The notes: generated from the sequence alone by a model not told the origin. Shown: positions 54,239 to 64,000, numbered from the stretch's first letter. The stretch: DNA of 64,000 nt from an uncultured Actinomycetota bacterium (GCA_963753435.1 CAVWCF010000001.1:1120001-1184000); one strand, 5' to 3'. Program-made: numbers and translations.

Positions 54239-54660
54239 GCGAGGAGACGCCGCAGCGCAGAGGCGCGCAGCGGGGTTGTGGCCGCCATCACGGTGGGCGT
54301 GGTGGCGGTCGGATTCGTTGCCCTGCTGGTGGCCCGCGGGCCGGGCGAGGCCACCGTGACCCCGACGTCGTTCGCGGGGGAGGCCACCGACGGCACACCT
54401 CTGGACGCCAACCGGGTTCGCGTGGAGTTCACGGTGACGAACACCGGGCCGGTGGCGGGTGGTGGAGTTGCGTCGTTTCCGGCAGCGATTCGGCCTATCA
54501 GGTCTACCAAGGCGCGGCGACGGTGACCAAGCCCGCCGACGAGCCGCCGCTGCGCGCCGGCGAAACCGAGACCGCCGAGGTCATCCTGGACATCAACGAC
54601 GAGGGCGCCCGCTTCGTCAATCAGGTGCAGGTGCAGTGCGGCAACGCGGTGCGCGAGTAG
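54235..54660 (+). CDS. Membrane-anchored hypothetical protein (frameshifted)
   Basis: TM ITVGVVAVGFVALLVA followed by beta-rich RVEFTVTNTG...CVVSG...VQVQCG, split over two frames. Confidence 0.5.
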   Translation: MSEETPQRRGAQRGCGRHHGGRGGGRIRCPAGGPRAGRGHRDPDVVRGGGHRRHTSGRQPGSRGVHGDEHRAGGGWWSCVVSGSDSAYQVYQGAATVTKPADEPPLRAGETETAEVILDINDEGARFVNQVQVQCGNAVRE

Positions 54661-54672
54661 CGCCCAACTGGT

Positions 54673-56427
54673 TCACCCCACGAGGGTGAACGTGATCGTC
54701 CCCTCGTACTGACCGGCAGCCAGGAACGGCGGCAACGAGGCCACGATGTCGCCGGTCACGTCCCATTCGCCGTTGGTGTTGCCACCGGAGGTCTGCGTGT
54801 CCTTGATGCACAGCGTCACGGTGCCGTCGAACGTCTGGTTGGGGTCGCCGGCGGTGGCTCCGGCAGCTGACCCAGGCAGTCCCTGACAGGTCGGCGAAAT
54901 CGACAGCACTCCCGAATCGACGAACGCGAGCAGGGGCGACTGCAGGTCCGTCGCGGTGGCGGTGAGCGACCAGCCGAAGGCGCTGCTGCGGTCATCGGTC
55001 ACGCGGATGCGGTTCAGCGGCGCGGTGACGGTGACGGGGGCCAGGCCGACGGTGGAGGTGGGCACCGTCACGGTCTCGTTGTCCGGGTTGGATCCGGTGG
55101 CGAAGGTCTGCATGGACAGCGCGCCCGCCGGTGGCGGCTCGGAGCCCGCGGGGATGGTGGAGAACGGCGTACTGGCCCGGTCGGTGGTGGGGTTGCCGTC
55201 CGGCGCGGTCTCGTAGGCGGCGATGTAGCGGGTGTCCTCGTCGTTGATCAGGTACGAACCGGAGAAGGAACCGGACCCAGACGTGGTCCCGGTGACCGCC
55301 GGGTCGGCCGTCTCGTTGCCGGCGGTGGGACCGGCGGCCAGGTAGCCGCGGACTTCGATGTCGGCGAGCGGGTCGAAGTTGGACCCGCTGACCGTGACCG
55401 ACGTTCCGGCCGCAGCCCCCGCCGGTGAGGTGGTGACGACCCGCTGACCCAGGACCGTGACAGGCACCAGGGCGATGGCGCTGCCGGTACTGATGCGCAG
55501 GCCCCGCACCCCGACTGTGGCCCCGGTGGGCACGGCCACCGTCCCGGACAGCGCGCCGCTGGCGTTGGCGGTCAGGGTCTCCGCAGCCGCGTCGCAGGGG
55601 GTGGCCCCACCGCTGGTGCACAACTGGGCGGTGAAGTCGGTTTCGTTGACGGGCCAGTCCTGGCCGCTGAGGGTGATGGTCTCGCCGGGGCGGGCGAATC
55701 CGGTGACGCCGGAGCGTTGCCCGCTGATTGCCGTGACCGAGGCGACTGGCCCGTTGATCGAGGCGGTGTAGCCGACCTCGCTTAGGACGGGGTTGTCCTT
55801 GGGGTTGGGGTTGGCCGGCAGCGGTGATCCGGTTCCGGACGCGGCCGGGTCGCTGCAGTACCGGTCGGTGTTGGTGCCGCTGCCGGTGCCGTACTTGCCG
55901 TCGTCGAAGACGATCTGGTTGACCGCCACCTGCAGCGCGCCAGCCAGCGAGGGCGAGTAGATGCCGGTGGCTGTCCACGGGCCGAGCGGGTTGCCGGCGG
56001 CCACCGCGGCTGCCGGGTAGTTGTCCACGCTGGTCGATGTGGCCAGTTCCACGCTGCCACCGATCGCTCCGGACAGGGCAGCGGTCGCGGTGACGGTGTA
56101 GGTGCCCGCCGCGGTCGTCGCTGCGGCCGTGGGCCCGTTGGCCGCAGCCAGCGTGACCGTGGTCGCCTGCGCGATGTCCGGTGTCGCCGGCGACTGCGAG
56201 AAGGTGAACGTGCCCGTGTAGGTGGTAGGTGTGGCCCCGGTCCCGGCGCCGCCGACGTAGTCACGGCACGAGAGTCCGACAGCTGTTGGTCCGAACGTGT
56301 TCGCCGGGTAGGTGTATGAGGCGGCCGGAGAGGCAACAGACAGCGTCGTCAGGAGCAGCGCGGCCAACGCGGCAGCAAGACCACGCCCACTGATGCGATC
56401 ACCCACGCTGGGACTCCCCCTTACCAC
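54673..56427 (-). CDS. Secreted multi-Ig-like protein with C-terminal WxL-like domain
   Basis: Signal peptide; PGETITLSG and GTSVTVSGSNF repeats; C-term VTDDRSSAFGWSLTATATDL...GQYEGTITFTLVG. Confidence 0.75.
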   Translation of the reverse strand: MVRGSPSVGDRISGRGLAAALAALLLTTLSVASPAASYTYPANTFGPTAVGLSCRDYVGGAGTGATPTTYTGTFTFSQSPATPDIAQATTVTLAAANGPTAAATTAAGTYTVTATAALSGAIGGSVELATSTSVDNYPAAAVAAGNPLGPWTATGIYSPSLAGALQVAVNQIVFDDGKYGTGSGTNTDRYCSDPAASGTGSPLPANPNPKDNPVLSEVGYTASINGPVASVTAISGQRSGVTGFARPGETITLSGQDWPVNETDFTAQLCTSGGATPCDAAAETLTANASGALSGTVAVPTGATVGVRGLRISTGSAIALVPVTVLGQRVVTTSPAGAAAGTSVTVSGSNFDPLADIEVRGYLAAGPTAGNETADPAVTGTTSGSGSFSGSYLINDEDTRYIAAYETAPDGNPTTDRASTPFSTIPAGSEPPPAGALSMQTFATGSNPDNETVTVPTSTVGLAPVTVTAPLNRIRVTDDRSSAFGWSLTATATDLQSPLLAFVDSGVLSISPTCQGLPGSAAGATAGDPNQTFDGTVTLCIKDTQTSGGNTNGEWDVTGDIVASLPPFLAAGQYEGTITFTLVG

Positions 56428-56448
56428 CGCGGGGTCAGGGTATCCGGA

Positions 56449-56863
56449 CTAGTCGGCCGCGTAGGCCGGGTTGTCTTCGCCGAACAGTTCAAGCACGTCG
56501 GCGTAGGCCTGCTCCCAGTCGGCGAAGGTCTCGTCACCTTCGCAGGACCCGCGGCGCACCTCTCGCCGTTCTCGTCGGCGAAGGTGAGTGCGAAGCAGCC
56601 GTTCTCTCCGTTGCGCACCACGGTGGTCGTCGTCCGCGGAGCGTCCGGGTCGTCCTCTTGGGGCGCCTGCAGGATCAGGAAGCCGCCATCGGCGCCGTCG
56701 GGCACCTGGTCGGCCGGCAGGAGCACGACCTCTTCGCCGCTGCTCAACGTCTGCGGGGTGGGCAGCGCCTCCGGTTCGCTGTTGGCACCGCCGCCGCAGG
56801 CAGAGCAGCCGCAACAGCTGACGGCACGACGATGGCGGCGGCCGGGAGGTGACTGGTGCGCAT
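56449..56863 (-). CDS. Probable lipoprotein (frameshifted)
   Basis: MRTSHL..., then SACGGGANSEPEALPTPQTLSSGEEVVLL in a shifted frame; ends FGEDNPAYAAD. Confidence 0.5.
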
Positions 56864-56897
56864 GGCGGGCAAGGGTACGTCCCTTCCTGGAGCGAAG

Positions 56898-56931
56898 CAG
56901 AGGGGGCGGACCTTGCGGTCCGCCCCCTCTG
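56898..56931 (-). terminator. Strong hairpin after the second WxL-like gene
   Basis: CAGAGGGGGCGGACC-TTGC-GGTCCGCCCCCTCTG, 15-bp stem. Confidence 0.75.
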
Positions 56932-56958
56932 TGGAGCTTCTACTCGACTACGAGTGGA

Positions 56959-58997
56959 TCAGCCCACCAGGGTGATCGTCATCGTGGCCGTGTAGTCGGG
57001 GTCCGCAGCCTGGAACGCCGGAACGGTCAGGTCCAGAGCCACCGGCACGTTGTACACACCGGAGGTCGACTGGGTCGTCGCGTTCGTAGCAGTGGACTTC
57101 GTCGCCAGCGTGATGGCGACGGCGTTGTCCAGAGCACCGCCGGCACCAGCCGCGCAGTCCTCCTGCAGCGACCCGTCAACCGTGCCCAAGCACCGGCGGC
57201 AGAGCGTTCGGGTTGGTGTAGTTGGCGTAGTCGTAGATGTCGGTCGCGTCCCCACAGGTCGGGGTCGCGTCCAGCTGACCAGCGGCCACGGTGTAAGTAC
57301 CGGCGTCGAAGTCAGTCATCACTGCGGACAGGTTCCAGCCGAACTGGCCACCACGGTTGTCAGCGACCTGAATGGTGTTCAGGTCACCGGACAGGACCGT
57401 GTCGACGAACGGCACCGTGATGGCACCGAGGTCAACGATGGTCGCGTCGGTGTTGGCACCGGTGATGAACGCCAACTGGGTCAGGTTGCCCTCCAGAACA
57501 TCGAAGATGATGTTCTGGTTGGTGGCACAGGACCCGTGGTGTTCCCGGTCGCCGCCGTGCACTTGAAGGACGAGAACGTGAACGGCCGGCAGCGCGGACG
57601 GGTTGGTCGCCGCAGGCGGTCCACCGAGTGCCCTGGCATGGCGCACGATGGACGGCGTCGCCGAGTCGTTCACGGTGAAGCGTCCGGACACGGTTCCGGT
57701 GCCGCTGGCAGTGGCAGCGAGCCGTGGCGTCGTCAGTCGGGGCCGGGAGCGGACACACGGTCCTGGTCGACACCGCAGAGTAGCCGGTGATCAGCGGCGT
57801 TGAAGCCGGAGCCGGTGACGCTAACCGGACGGTGCCGCCGCCACCAGCGGCCGGGCTCAGCGTCACCGTCGGCGCGTCGAGGACCATGATCGGAACGAGC
57901 GGCGAGTTGCTGGCCCGTTGGTGATCGTCAGCTTGATCGCACGGGAACCGGTGGTGAGACGCCAGGGTGCCAGGCCGTCGGTGATCGGTGATGGCACCGG
58001 ACAGGTTGCCGAACCAGTCGGTCGTCAGACCGTTGGTAACGTGTTCGGCGGGCGCCGCGATCAGCGTCGCAAGTGGTGCCCGGCGACGTCGCAGAACTCG
58101 ACCGTGAAGCCACCGGCGCGACGTGGCGTTCCAGTGTCACCGTGCCGGTCACCGTCGACGGTGCACGCGTAGGCGGAACGCCAGACGACCTGCGGGTCAC
58201 GGACGGCCTGCACACCAGCGTTCTGACCGACGAAGTCGCGATCGTCGCGGTCGGGCCGGTGATCGGTCAGCGGACTGGGAGTGATGTAGTCCCGAGCGTC
58301 GGTCTGCGTGCGACCCGTCAACGGCCGCCAGCGACCGGTACCGAGCGGACGCGCGACGAAGTCGTCCATCGAGGTCAGCGTTCCGATCTGCGTCGAACGC
58401 GTCAGTAGTCAGGATGGTGCGCCGCCACGCTCCGGCACGTCGAGTAGTTGACGAAGGCCTTCAGCGACAGGACGTAGTACCAACGATCGCCGGGCCGAGG
58501 ATGGTCCAGCCGGAAGTCCCGGTCGGCGTACGAGCCGCCAGGTGAACGCGTCACCAGTGGTACCGGTGGCACCACGGCCGTGCTGTTGCCACGCCGTCGA
58601 CGAAACCGTCCAGGGTCGGCCTGGCACGATCGACGTGCACCGGGGCCGAGCGGCTCGTTCGCGGGCACGCAACAGGTAGCCGGACCGCCCACTCGATCGA
58701 TCGCGGCGATCGTCCGACCCGTCGTCGGCACGCGATGGCGGCCGGACCGTTGCGAAGCTCGAAGTCGCCAGCAACGGTGATCTCGACAGGGTCGTCTACG
58801 TTGGGCGAAGCTGGCGAAGACTGCCAGCGTCACGGTCGACGTTGACCGGACGATCGGCCACGCCAAGAGCAGTGTTGTTGATCTGGCTGTACAGAGTCAC
58901 CGGTGCGGCGCTAGCCGACCGCCAGACGCCGCAACCCCGAGCGTTGAAGCCGCGAGCGCGCCACAGCGCTACCCGCAATCAGCTTCTTTGCCTTCAT
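56959..58997 (-). CDS. Secreted protein with WxL-like C-terminus, many apparent frameshifts
   Basis: MKAKKLIAGSAVA after GGAAGGG RBS; fragments SAAPVTLYSQINN, LNTIQVADNRGGQFGWNLSAVMTDF, DYTATMTITLVG-stop. Confidence 0.65.
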
Positions 58998-59083
58998 GAA
59001 TTCCCTTCCCCTCCGAGGAAGTCAGTCGCTCCCCCCTTGAGAGCAACTCCTTACATCTCGTCACCGAGGCCCAGCTGGGAGTT

Positions 59084-59159
59084 CTGTTCCACCCTTCGGA
59101 ACAGCGTTCCTCGGTTCCGTGACAGATCCCACACTCCCCGTGCCCCCAGCGACTGTCAA
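59084..59159 (-). promoter_or_regulatory. Promoter with TTGACA and downstream palindrome (copy 1)
   Basis: TTGACA at 59154-59159 (minus strand); CTGTTCC-N7-GGAACAG at 59084-59104. Confidence 0.6.
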
Positions 59160-59285
59160 GGGTTTCCGGGAAGAAAGTCCCTAACGGGGAACCGGCGATG
59201 TCGCAACTGCGTCACAGGCCGTTCCGCCAGAGGCGGCAGCAAGGGTTTCTTGCGGAGACACGCAGGTCGGAGAGCAGTCGTCGCG

Positions 59286-61030
59286 CTACACACTCAGGCG
59301 GTGACGCCCGGCGCTGGGGCCAGCAACCCCAACCAGGGCCCGCCGGCTGCGCACGGCCACAACGAGCCCGGCCTGCAGGGCGACAAGTCCAGCGATCGCG
59401 GCGATCCAGGCGTCGCTGACACCGGTCGCGGCCAGCGTTCCGCCACCGGTCGTGTCGGTGCCGCCGCCGGTGTCCGTTCCGTTGCCTCCAGTGCCGCCGC
59501 CGTCAGTTCCACCCGTCACCGTGATGGTCGCCTGCAGGTTGAAATCGGCCCCGGTCGGGTCCTGGCCGAACAGGACCACGGTGTGCTCACCGTTGGTCGT
59601 GCTCGCCGGGATGGTCACTGTGGTGTTCACCGCACCAGTGGCGTCGGCCTGGACCTGACCGAGCAGGACAGGGACTGGAGTAGAGGACCACCTGCACCGG
59701 AGTGCTCGGCCCGAAGCCGGTCCCACTGACGGTCAGTTCGCCGCCGGCAGCGACGGTCGACGGGTTGGCCGTGGCCGGTCCATCCGCCGCCGGCGGCGTG
59801 GCCGGCAACTCGACGTAGGTGATCGGGATGGTGACCGTCGTCTGGGGCAGGCACTCGGTGTTGACATCCCCACCGAAGGACTCGTTCTGGGTGTCGTCGT
59901 AGTAGATGCGGGTGACCTCAACGGTGTCCGGAGACGCGGTCGCGGTGCCGGTGACACTGAACGCCGGGCTCGGGGTGCGCGGCGGGATCTCCGCGGGGTT
60001 CAGTCCACCGCTGAGTTCCTGCGGGGCACCGCCCGCGACCACGGTGATCAGCCGGTCATTGGTGCCCGCGGGGATCGGCACGGGGCCGGTCGTGGGGCCG
60101 GCGCCGACATCCAGTGCCAGCGCGTCGCCGCTGATGGACACGTCCAACTGAATGTCGTCGACGGTGTCCTCAGCGCCGGGGAACGGCACGTCGCCGGTGT
60201 AGAGGCTGCAGACGAACGTGCCCACGGCGCTGCCGGAACCGACGTTCACGCCCGGTGCGGGAGTTCCGGTGTCGGTCGGGGTCGGGGTCGGGGTCGCCGT
60301 GTCCGTCGGGGTCGGGGTCGGGGTCGGGGTCGGTGTCCGTCGGGGTCGGGGTCGGGCGTCGGGTGTCGCGTCGGGGTCGGGGTGCGCGTGTGCCGCCACC
60401 GACCGTCGCGGTGAGCGGACCAGATCGAAGATCGCAGTGGAGTCCTGCGCCGGAGTCGTCCCCGGTCGGCACAGCGAGTCGAACGGAGTCCGTCAGTGGC
60501 CGGCGTCGAGCTGCCCGTCATCGGAGTTGATCCAGAACTGTCTGCAACGTGGCCGTGACGCGACCGCTGACGCCGGCGCCGTGGTGTACTGCCGGTCGCG
60601 GTGAACCCACCCAGGCGAGATCACATCGGCGCGAGGCTCGAGTCGCGGGACCTGCGCAGCCGTTGGTCGGCGACTGCAAGCGCCACCGTCGCCGCCGCCT
60701 GCAGAAACGATGGCGTCGATTCGGGTCGAGCCCGCGGTCAGCGGCACCGCCGGACCGTTGCTCGGGTCCAGCCGTTGGAGTCCAAGCTCCCAGGTGATCG
60801 TGGCGCCCGCAGCTGGAGCAGCCGGGGTGGCCGTCAAGTCGAACGTGATCGGACCTGGTGTAGACGTCACCAGTCGGTCTGCAGCGACCTTCAAGTTGAT
60901 CTGGCAGTTGATGTTGGCGAACTGCTTGCTGGCCGGCTTCTGCGCCTGACCGCCCAGACAGGAGTGCGGCCGGTGCTGCCGCCACCGTCGCCAGTACCGC
61001 CGCGGCCAGTCCCGCGATTCCCCGTCGCAT
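59286..61030 (-). CDS. Secreted LAxTG-anchored protein with Pro/Thr linker (frameshifted)
   Basis: MRRGIAGLAAAVLAT signal; PTPTPT linker; TVAAGGELTVSGTGFGP Ig-like domain; LAATG + TM + RSRR. Confidence 0.7.
60270..60385. repeat. (GTCGGG)n tandem repeat encoding a Pro-Thr linker
   Basis: Repeated gtcggg hexamers. Confidence 0.8.
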
Positions 61031-61042
61031 CTGTGCCCGCCC

Positions 61043-61797
61043 TCAGAACGCCGCGTGCCGCGGAGCTGCGTCCGGGTGCCGCTTCGTCCGGACCCAGACG
61101 ATGGCGCCGATCTGGAAGAGCAGCAGCGCTACTAGGGCCGACTTCCACCAGTCCTCCGGACCCGTCTTCGGCAGGGCGCCGGTGTCGGCAGTGGTTGCCG
61201 CGGACCCGGACTGCGTGCTCGCGCCCTGAGTGGTCGTCGAGCCCGAGCCGCTGGCCTTGGCACCACCGCGGTGTCGCTGGCAGCCGCGACGGTGAACGTC
61301 CCCGCCACGACGCTCGAAGTCGGGACGCAGTTGATGTCCACCGGGTTGTCGTCGAACACGATCTTGGTGATGGACATGTCCACCTTGCCGGACGCCGGTG
61401 CCTTGATGGAGCCGGTCATCGGGTTGACCTGGAACTCAGTCTCCACCGCGAGCGCGCCCTGCGGCTTGCCCACCAACTGCGTGGTGCCGCCGGTGTACTT
61501 GACGTCGGCCTTCGGGGTCATCGAACCGGCCGGTCGGGGAATCGGGCCGTTGACGTAGGGCGGGGTGCTGAGCGTGAGGTTCACCGTCGCGCCGGCGGCC
61601 GGGGAGGCCGGGTCCGCGGTGATGACGAAGTCGCCGTCGCTGCCGGGGGGCGTGCCCTTGTTCCAATCCAGGGTGGTGGAAAGCACGGTGCACTTGAACG
61701 CAACCTGCGCCGCTTGGGCGGGTGCGGCGGCAACCGACAGCCCCAGCATCACCAGAATGGCCGCTAGGGAAGCGGCCATTGCGCGCCGAAAACTCAT
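61043..61797 (-). CDS. Secreted LPKTG-anchored protein (apparent frameshift ~61270)
   Basis: [29 protein letters not shown] signal; shifted frame ends GALPKTGPEDWWKSALVALLLFQIGAIVWVRTKRHPDAAPRHAAF-stop. Confidence 0.75.
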
Positions 61798-61815
61798 CTC
61801 GTCCCTCTCCCCGAA

Positions 61816-61893
61816 CCGTTCCCCCCGGTGGAACGGCGTTCTGTTCTCGCGAACAGATACCCGTATGACACGCGCTGTTGGCCTTCCTGTCAA
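61816..61893 (-). promoter_or_regulatory. Promoter TTGACA-N17-TGTCAT with downstream palindrome (copy 2)
   Basis: -35 at 61888-61893, -10 at 61865-61870; CCGTTCC-N7-GGAACGG at 61816-61836. Confidence 0.65.
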
Positions 61894-61969
61894 GGGACTT
61901 GGCACAACTTGGGTCCCTGCTGACACGGACGTGTGATCTGCCGAGCCAGTTCCATGACCAGAGCCGGCC

Positions 61970-62680
61970 TCACCCGAAGGCCCCGGGCTTGATGACACCG
62001 AGTGCGGCGATCACGAACACGAGCACCCAGATGCCCAGCACGAACGGCACGGATCGTTGGATCGCACCGCCGATCCCGTCCTCCACCTCCGGGGTGGACC
62101 CGGTGGTCATCAGCGCCATGAACGACGGGCCGAACGGCTTGAGCCGGAACCGGATCGCCACCCCGAACAGCATGGCCACTGCGTAGAGCGCGACCTTGGC
62201 GCCCAGCCACTTCGGGTTGGTGGTCACCCCGAACGGGTCGGTGGCGATGACGGTGTAGAGGCCGGCGGCGAGCAGCCCGACGATCAGGGCCAACCTGATG
62301 TAGAGGTCGACGGTCTTGGCCTGCTGGCCGCGGGGCTGACCGGAGTAGTGGTGGTCGGCCCACACCAGGTACAGCCAGAACAGCGCGAACGCCCAGGTGA
62401 GGATCAGCGGCCAGCCGACCAGGTTGATCTGCCGGTCGAAGACGGTCACGTCGGAGTACTCACTCGCCGCCATCAGGCTCACGCCGGACGGCAGGAACAA
62501 CACCAGGGAGTACCGCGGGGCCATGTCCAGCCAGGCCATGATCTTCAGGGCGGTGGCGCGCGAACCCGGCTCCAGGTCCGGCTTGATGACATACCGGGAG
62601 GAGTAGAAGACCCCCAGGTCGGCGCCCAGCCAGTAGGTCAACAGCAGGATGTGGAAGAGGATCAGCACCTCAAGCGTCAT
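61970..62680 (-). CDS. Integral membrane protein of unknown function
   Basis: 236 aa, about 6 TM helices, FHILLLTYWLGADLGVFY, W..AK. Confidence 0.75.
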   Translation of the reverse strand: MTLEVLILFHILLLTYWLGADLGVFYSSRYVIKPDLEPGSRATALKIMAWLDMAPRYSLVLFLPSGVSLMAASEYSDVTVFDRQINLVGWPLILTWAFALFWLYLVWADHHYSGQPRGQQAKTVDLYIRLALIVGLLAAGLYTVIATDPFGVTTNPKWLGAKVALYAVAMLFGVAIRFRLKPFGPSFMALMTTGSTPEVEDGIGGAIQRSVPFVLGIWVLVFVIAALGVIKPGAFG

Positions 62681-62691
62681 GGTCGCGCACG

Positions 62692-62994
62692 CTATTCGGG
62701 GCGGTCTTGCTCCGGTTCGGCGGGTGGGTTGGCGCGCTGGTCCTGCTCGGCTCGGCGGGCGTCGTCGGCGGCGTCCTCAGCCGAGGCCCGCTCATCCACG
62801 GCCTGCTTGGCCCGGGTCACCTGCTCGCTCAGCGCATCGCGCTGCCGGCCCAGCGCGAACAGCGCCACGATGCCGGAGGCCACCAGCGCCACCAGCAGCA
62901 ACGTGATCCCGCGCAGGCCGACCAAATAGAGCAGTGCGGCGACGACGGCGAACACCGCCAGCCGGGCGACGGTGTAAACGAGTGCGGGCCTCAC
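62692..62994 (-). CDS. DUF4229-like membrane protein
   Basis: YTVARL, two TM helices, L.RQRDALS, ASAEDAA. Confidence 0.75.
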   Translation of the reverse strand: MRPALVYTVARLAVFAVVAALLYLVGLRGITLLLVALVASGIVALFALGRQRDALSEQVTRAKQAVDERASAEDAADDARRAEQDQRANPPAEPEQDRPE

Positions 62995-63030
62995 CCGGCC
63001 AGTATCCCCGCCGCGACTTACGCTTGGCCC

Positions 63031-63372
63031 ATGGGCCGGGTGCTGCTGTTCGTCATCCCGATGGTGTTGGCCATCTGGGCGCTGATCGACTGCGCGGTCA
63101 CCCCGAAGCCGAGCGTGCGGAACCTGCCGAAGCTGCTCTGGTTCCTGGTGATCCTGGTCCCGGTGCTGGGACCGGTCGCCTGGGTCGGGTTCGGTCGGCC
63201 CGGTCGCGGTGGTCGCGGCAGCGGCGGCGGTACCGCGGGTCGTGGTCCGGGCAAGCCGTCGTTGCCGCCGGATGACGACCCCGACTTCCTGCGCCGCATC
63301 GACGAGGAGCGCTGGCTGCAGGAGCGGCGCAAGCAACGGGACGGGCGCAACGACCCGTCACCGGAGGCGTAG
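63031..63372 (+). CDS. PLD nuclease N-terminal (PLDc_N) domain protein
   Basis: IWALIDC...VRNLPKLLWFLVILVPVLGPVAW..FGRP...PDDDPDFL. Confidence 0.85.
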   Translation: MGRVLLFVIPMVLAIWALIDCAVTPKPSVRNLPKLLWFLVILVPVLGPVAWVGFGRPGRGGRGSGGGTAGRGPGKPSLPPDDDPDFLRRIDEERWLQERRKQRDGRNDPSPEA

Positions 63373-63398
63373 GGCGCTGCCTGCCGAGCTCGGCAGTG

Positions 63399-64000
63399 TC
63401 AGCCGAGCAGCGTGAACGTCAGCGTGGCCGGTAGTCGGTCGGCTTGCTGAACTGCACCGGAATCTCCAGCCGCAGATCCGCCGGCACGTCCCACACCCCG
63501 CCCGTGGTCTGGGTCAGCGGGCCGAGTTGAGCGTCCTTCGTGCACATGGTCACCGTCCCGGCGAAGGACTGATCCGCCGGTCCCGGCGTCACCCCGGGAG
63601 CCTGAACGTCGAGGTCCACTGCGCCCAAGGTCGGCGGCGGCGCGCTCGGGTCGGTGTAGGCGTCGAAGTCATACAGCGTGTTGGCGTCGACGCAGTCCGG
63701 TGTGATGAACAGGTTCTCTTTGGGCAGCACCCGGCCCTTGGAGTCACGGAAGTCGGTGGCGGTCGCCGTCAGCGTCCAACCGGTCTGTTCGCCGCGGTTG
63801 TCCGCCACCTGGATGGTGTTGAGGTCCCCGGTCAGGGTCTTGGCGGTGAACGGCGGGGCCAGCACCCCGAGGTCCACGATCGTCGCCGACGGGTTGATGC
63901 CGGTGATGCGCGCCAACTGGGTCAAGCGGCCAGCAGCAACGTCAAAGGTGATCTGCTGAGTGGTCGCACAGGACCCACTGGTGAACGTGGTCGCAGCGAC
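63399..64000 (-). CDS. 3' part of a third WxL-like secreted protein (runs off window; frameshift near the end)
   Basis: LNTIQVADNRGEQTGWTLTATATDF...TGGVWDVP; shifted end ATLTFTLLG-stop at 63399. Confidence 0.75.

Noticed and set aside
60270-60385. Tandem repeats as a CRISPR array
   Set aside because: Hexamer repeats without unique spacers that encode a Pro-Thr linker; no cas genes in the window.

Overview
High-GC actinomycete chromosome segment, mostly core genes. 1-11.2 kb: 5' end of rpoB, rplL-rplJ-rplA-rplK-nusG-secE, tRNA-Trp, aminotransferase, adenosine deaminase, murB, an unusual CysRS-C-terminal-domain/GT2 fusion, two MaoC dehydratases, rpmG and tRNAs Met/Thr/Tyr. 11.2-23.2 kb: a second, N-module-less complex I operon (nuoA2B2C2H2I2J2K2L2M2N2) divergent from korAB. 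23-54 kb: rarD, polyprenyl synthase, a complete nuoA-N operon with a Rex-like box, and the classical menaquinone pathway (menJ, G, A, F, D, C, B, E). This part is interrupted by a 1.35-kb insert (AbiEi/DUF559-like gene, paired palindromes, 58-bp imperfect direct repeat) and two toxin-antitoxin pairs. 54.7-64 kb: a cluster of secreted proteins, three with WxL-like C-termini and two with LxxTG anchors, with two similarly built promoters. Many single-base frameshifts, including in essential genes, point to long-read consensus errors. All calls come from motif recognition by eye; no database searches were run.
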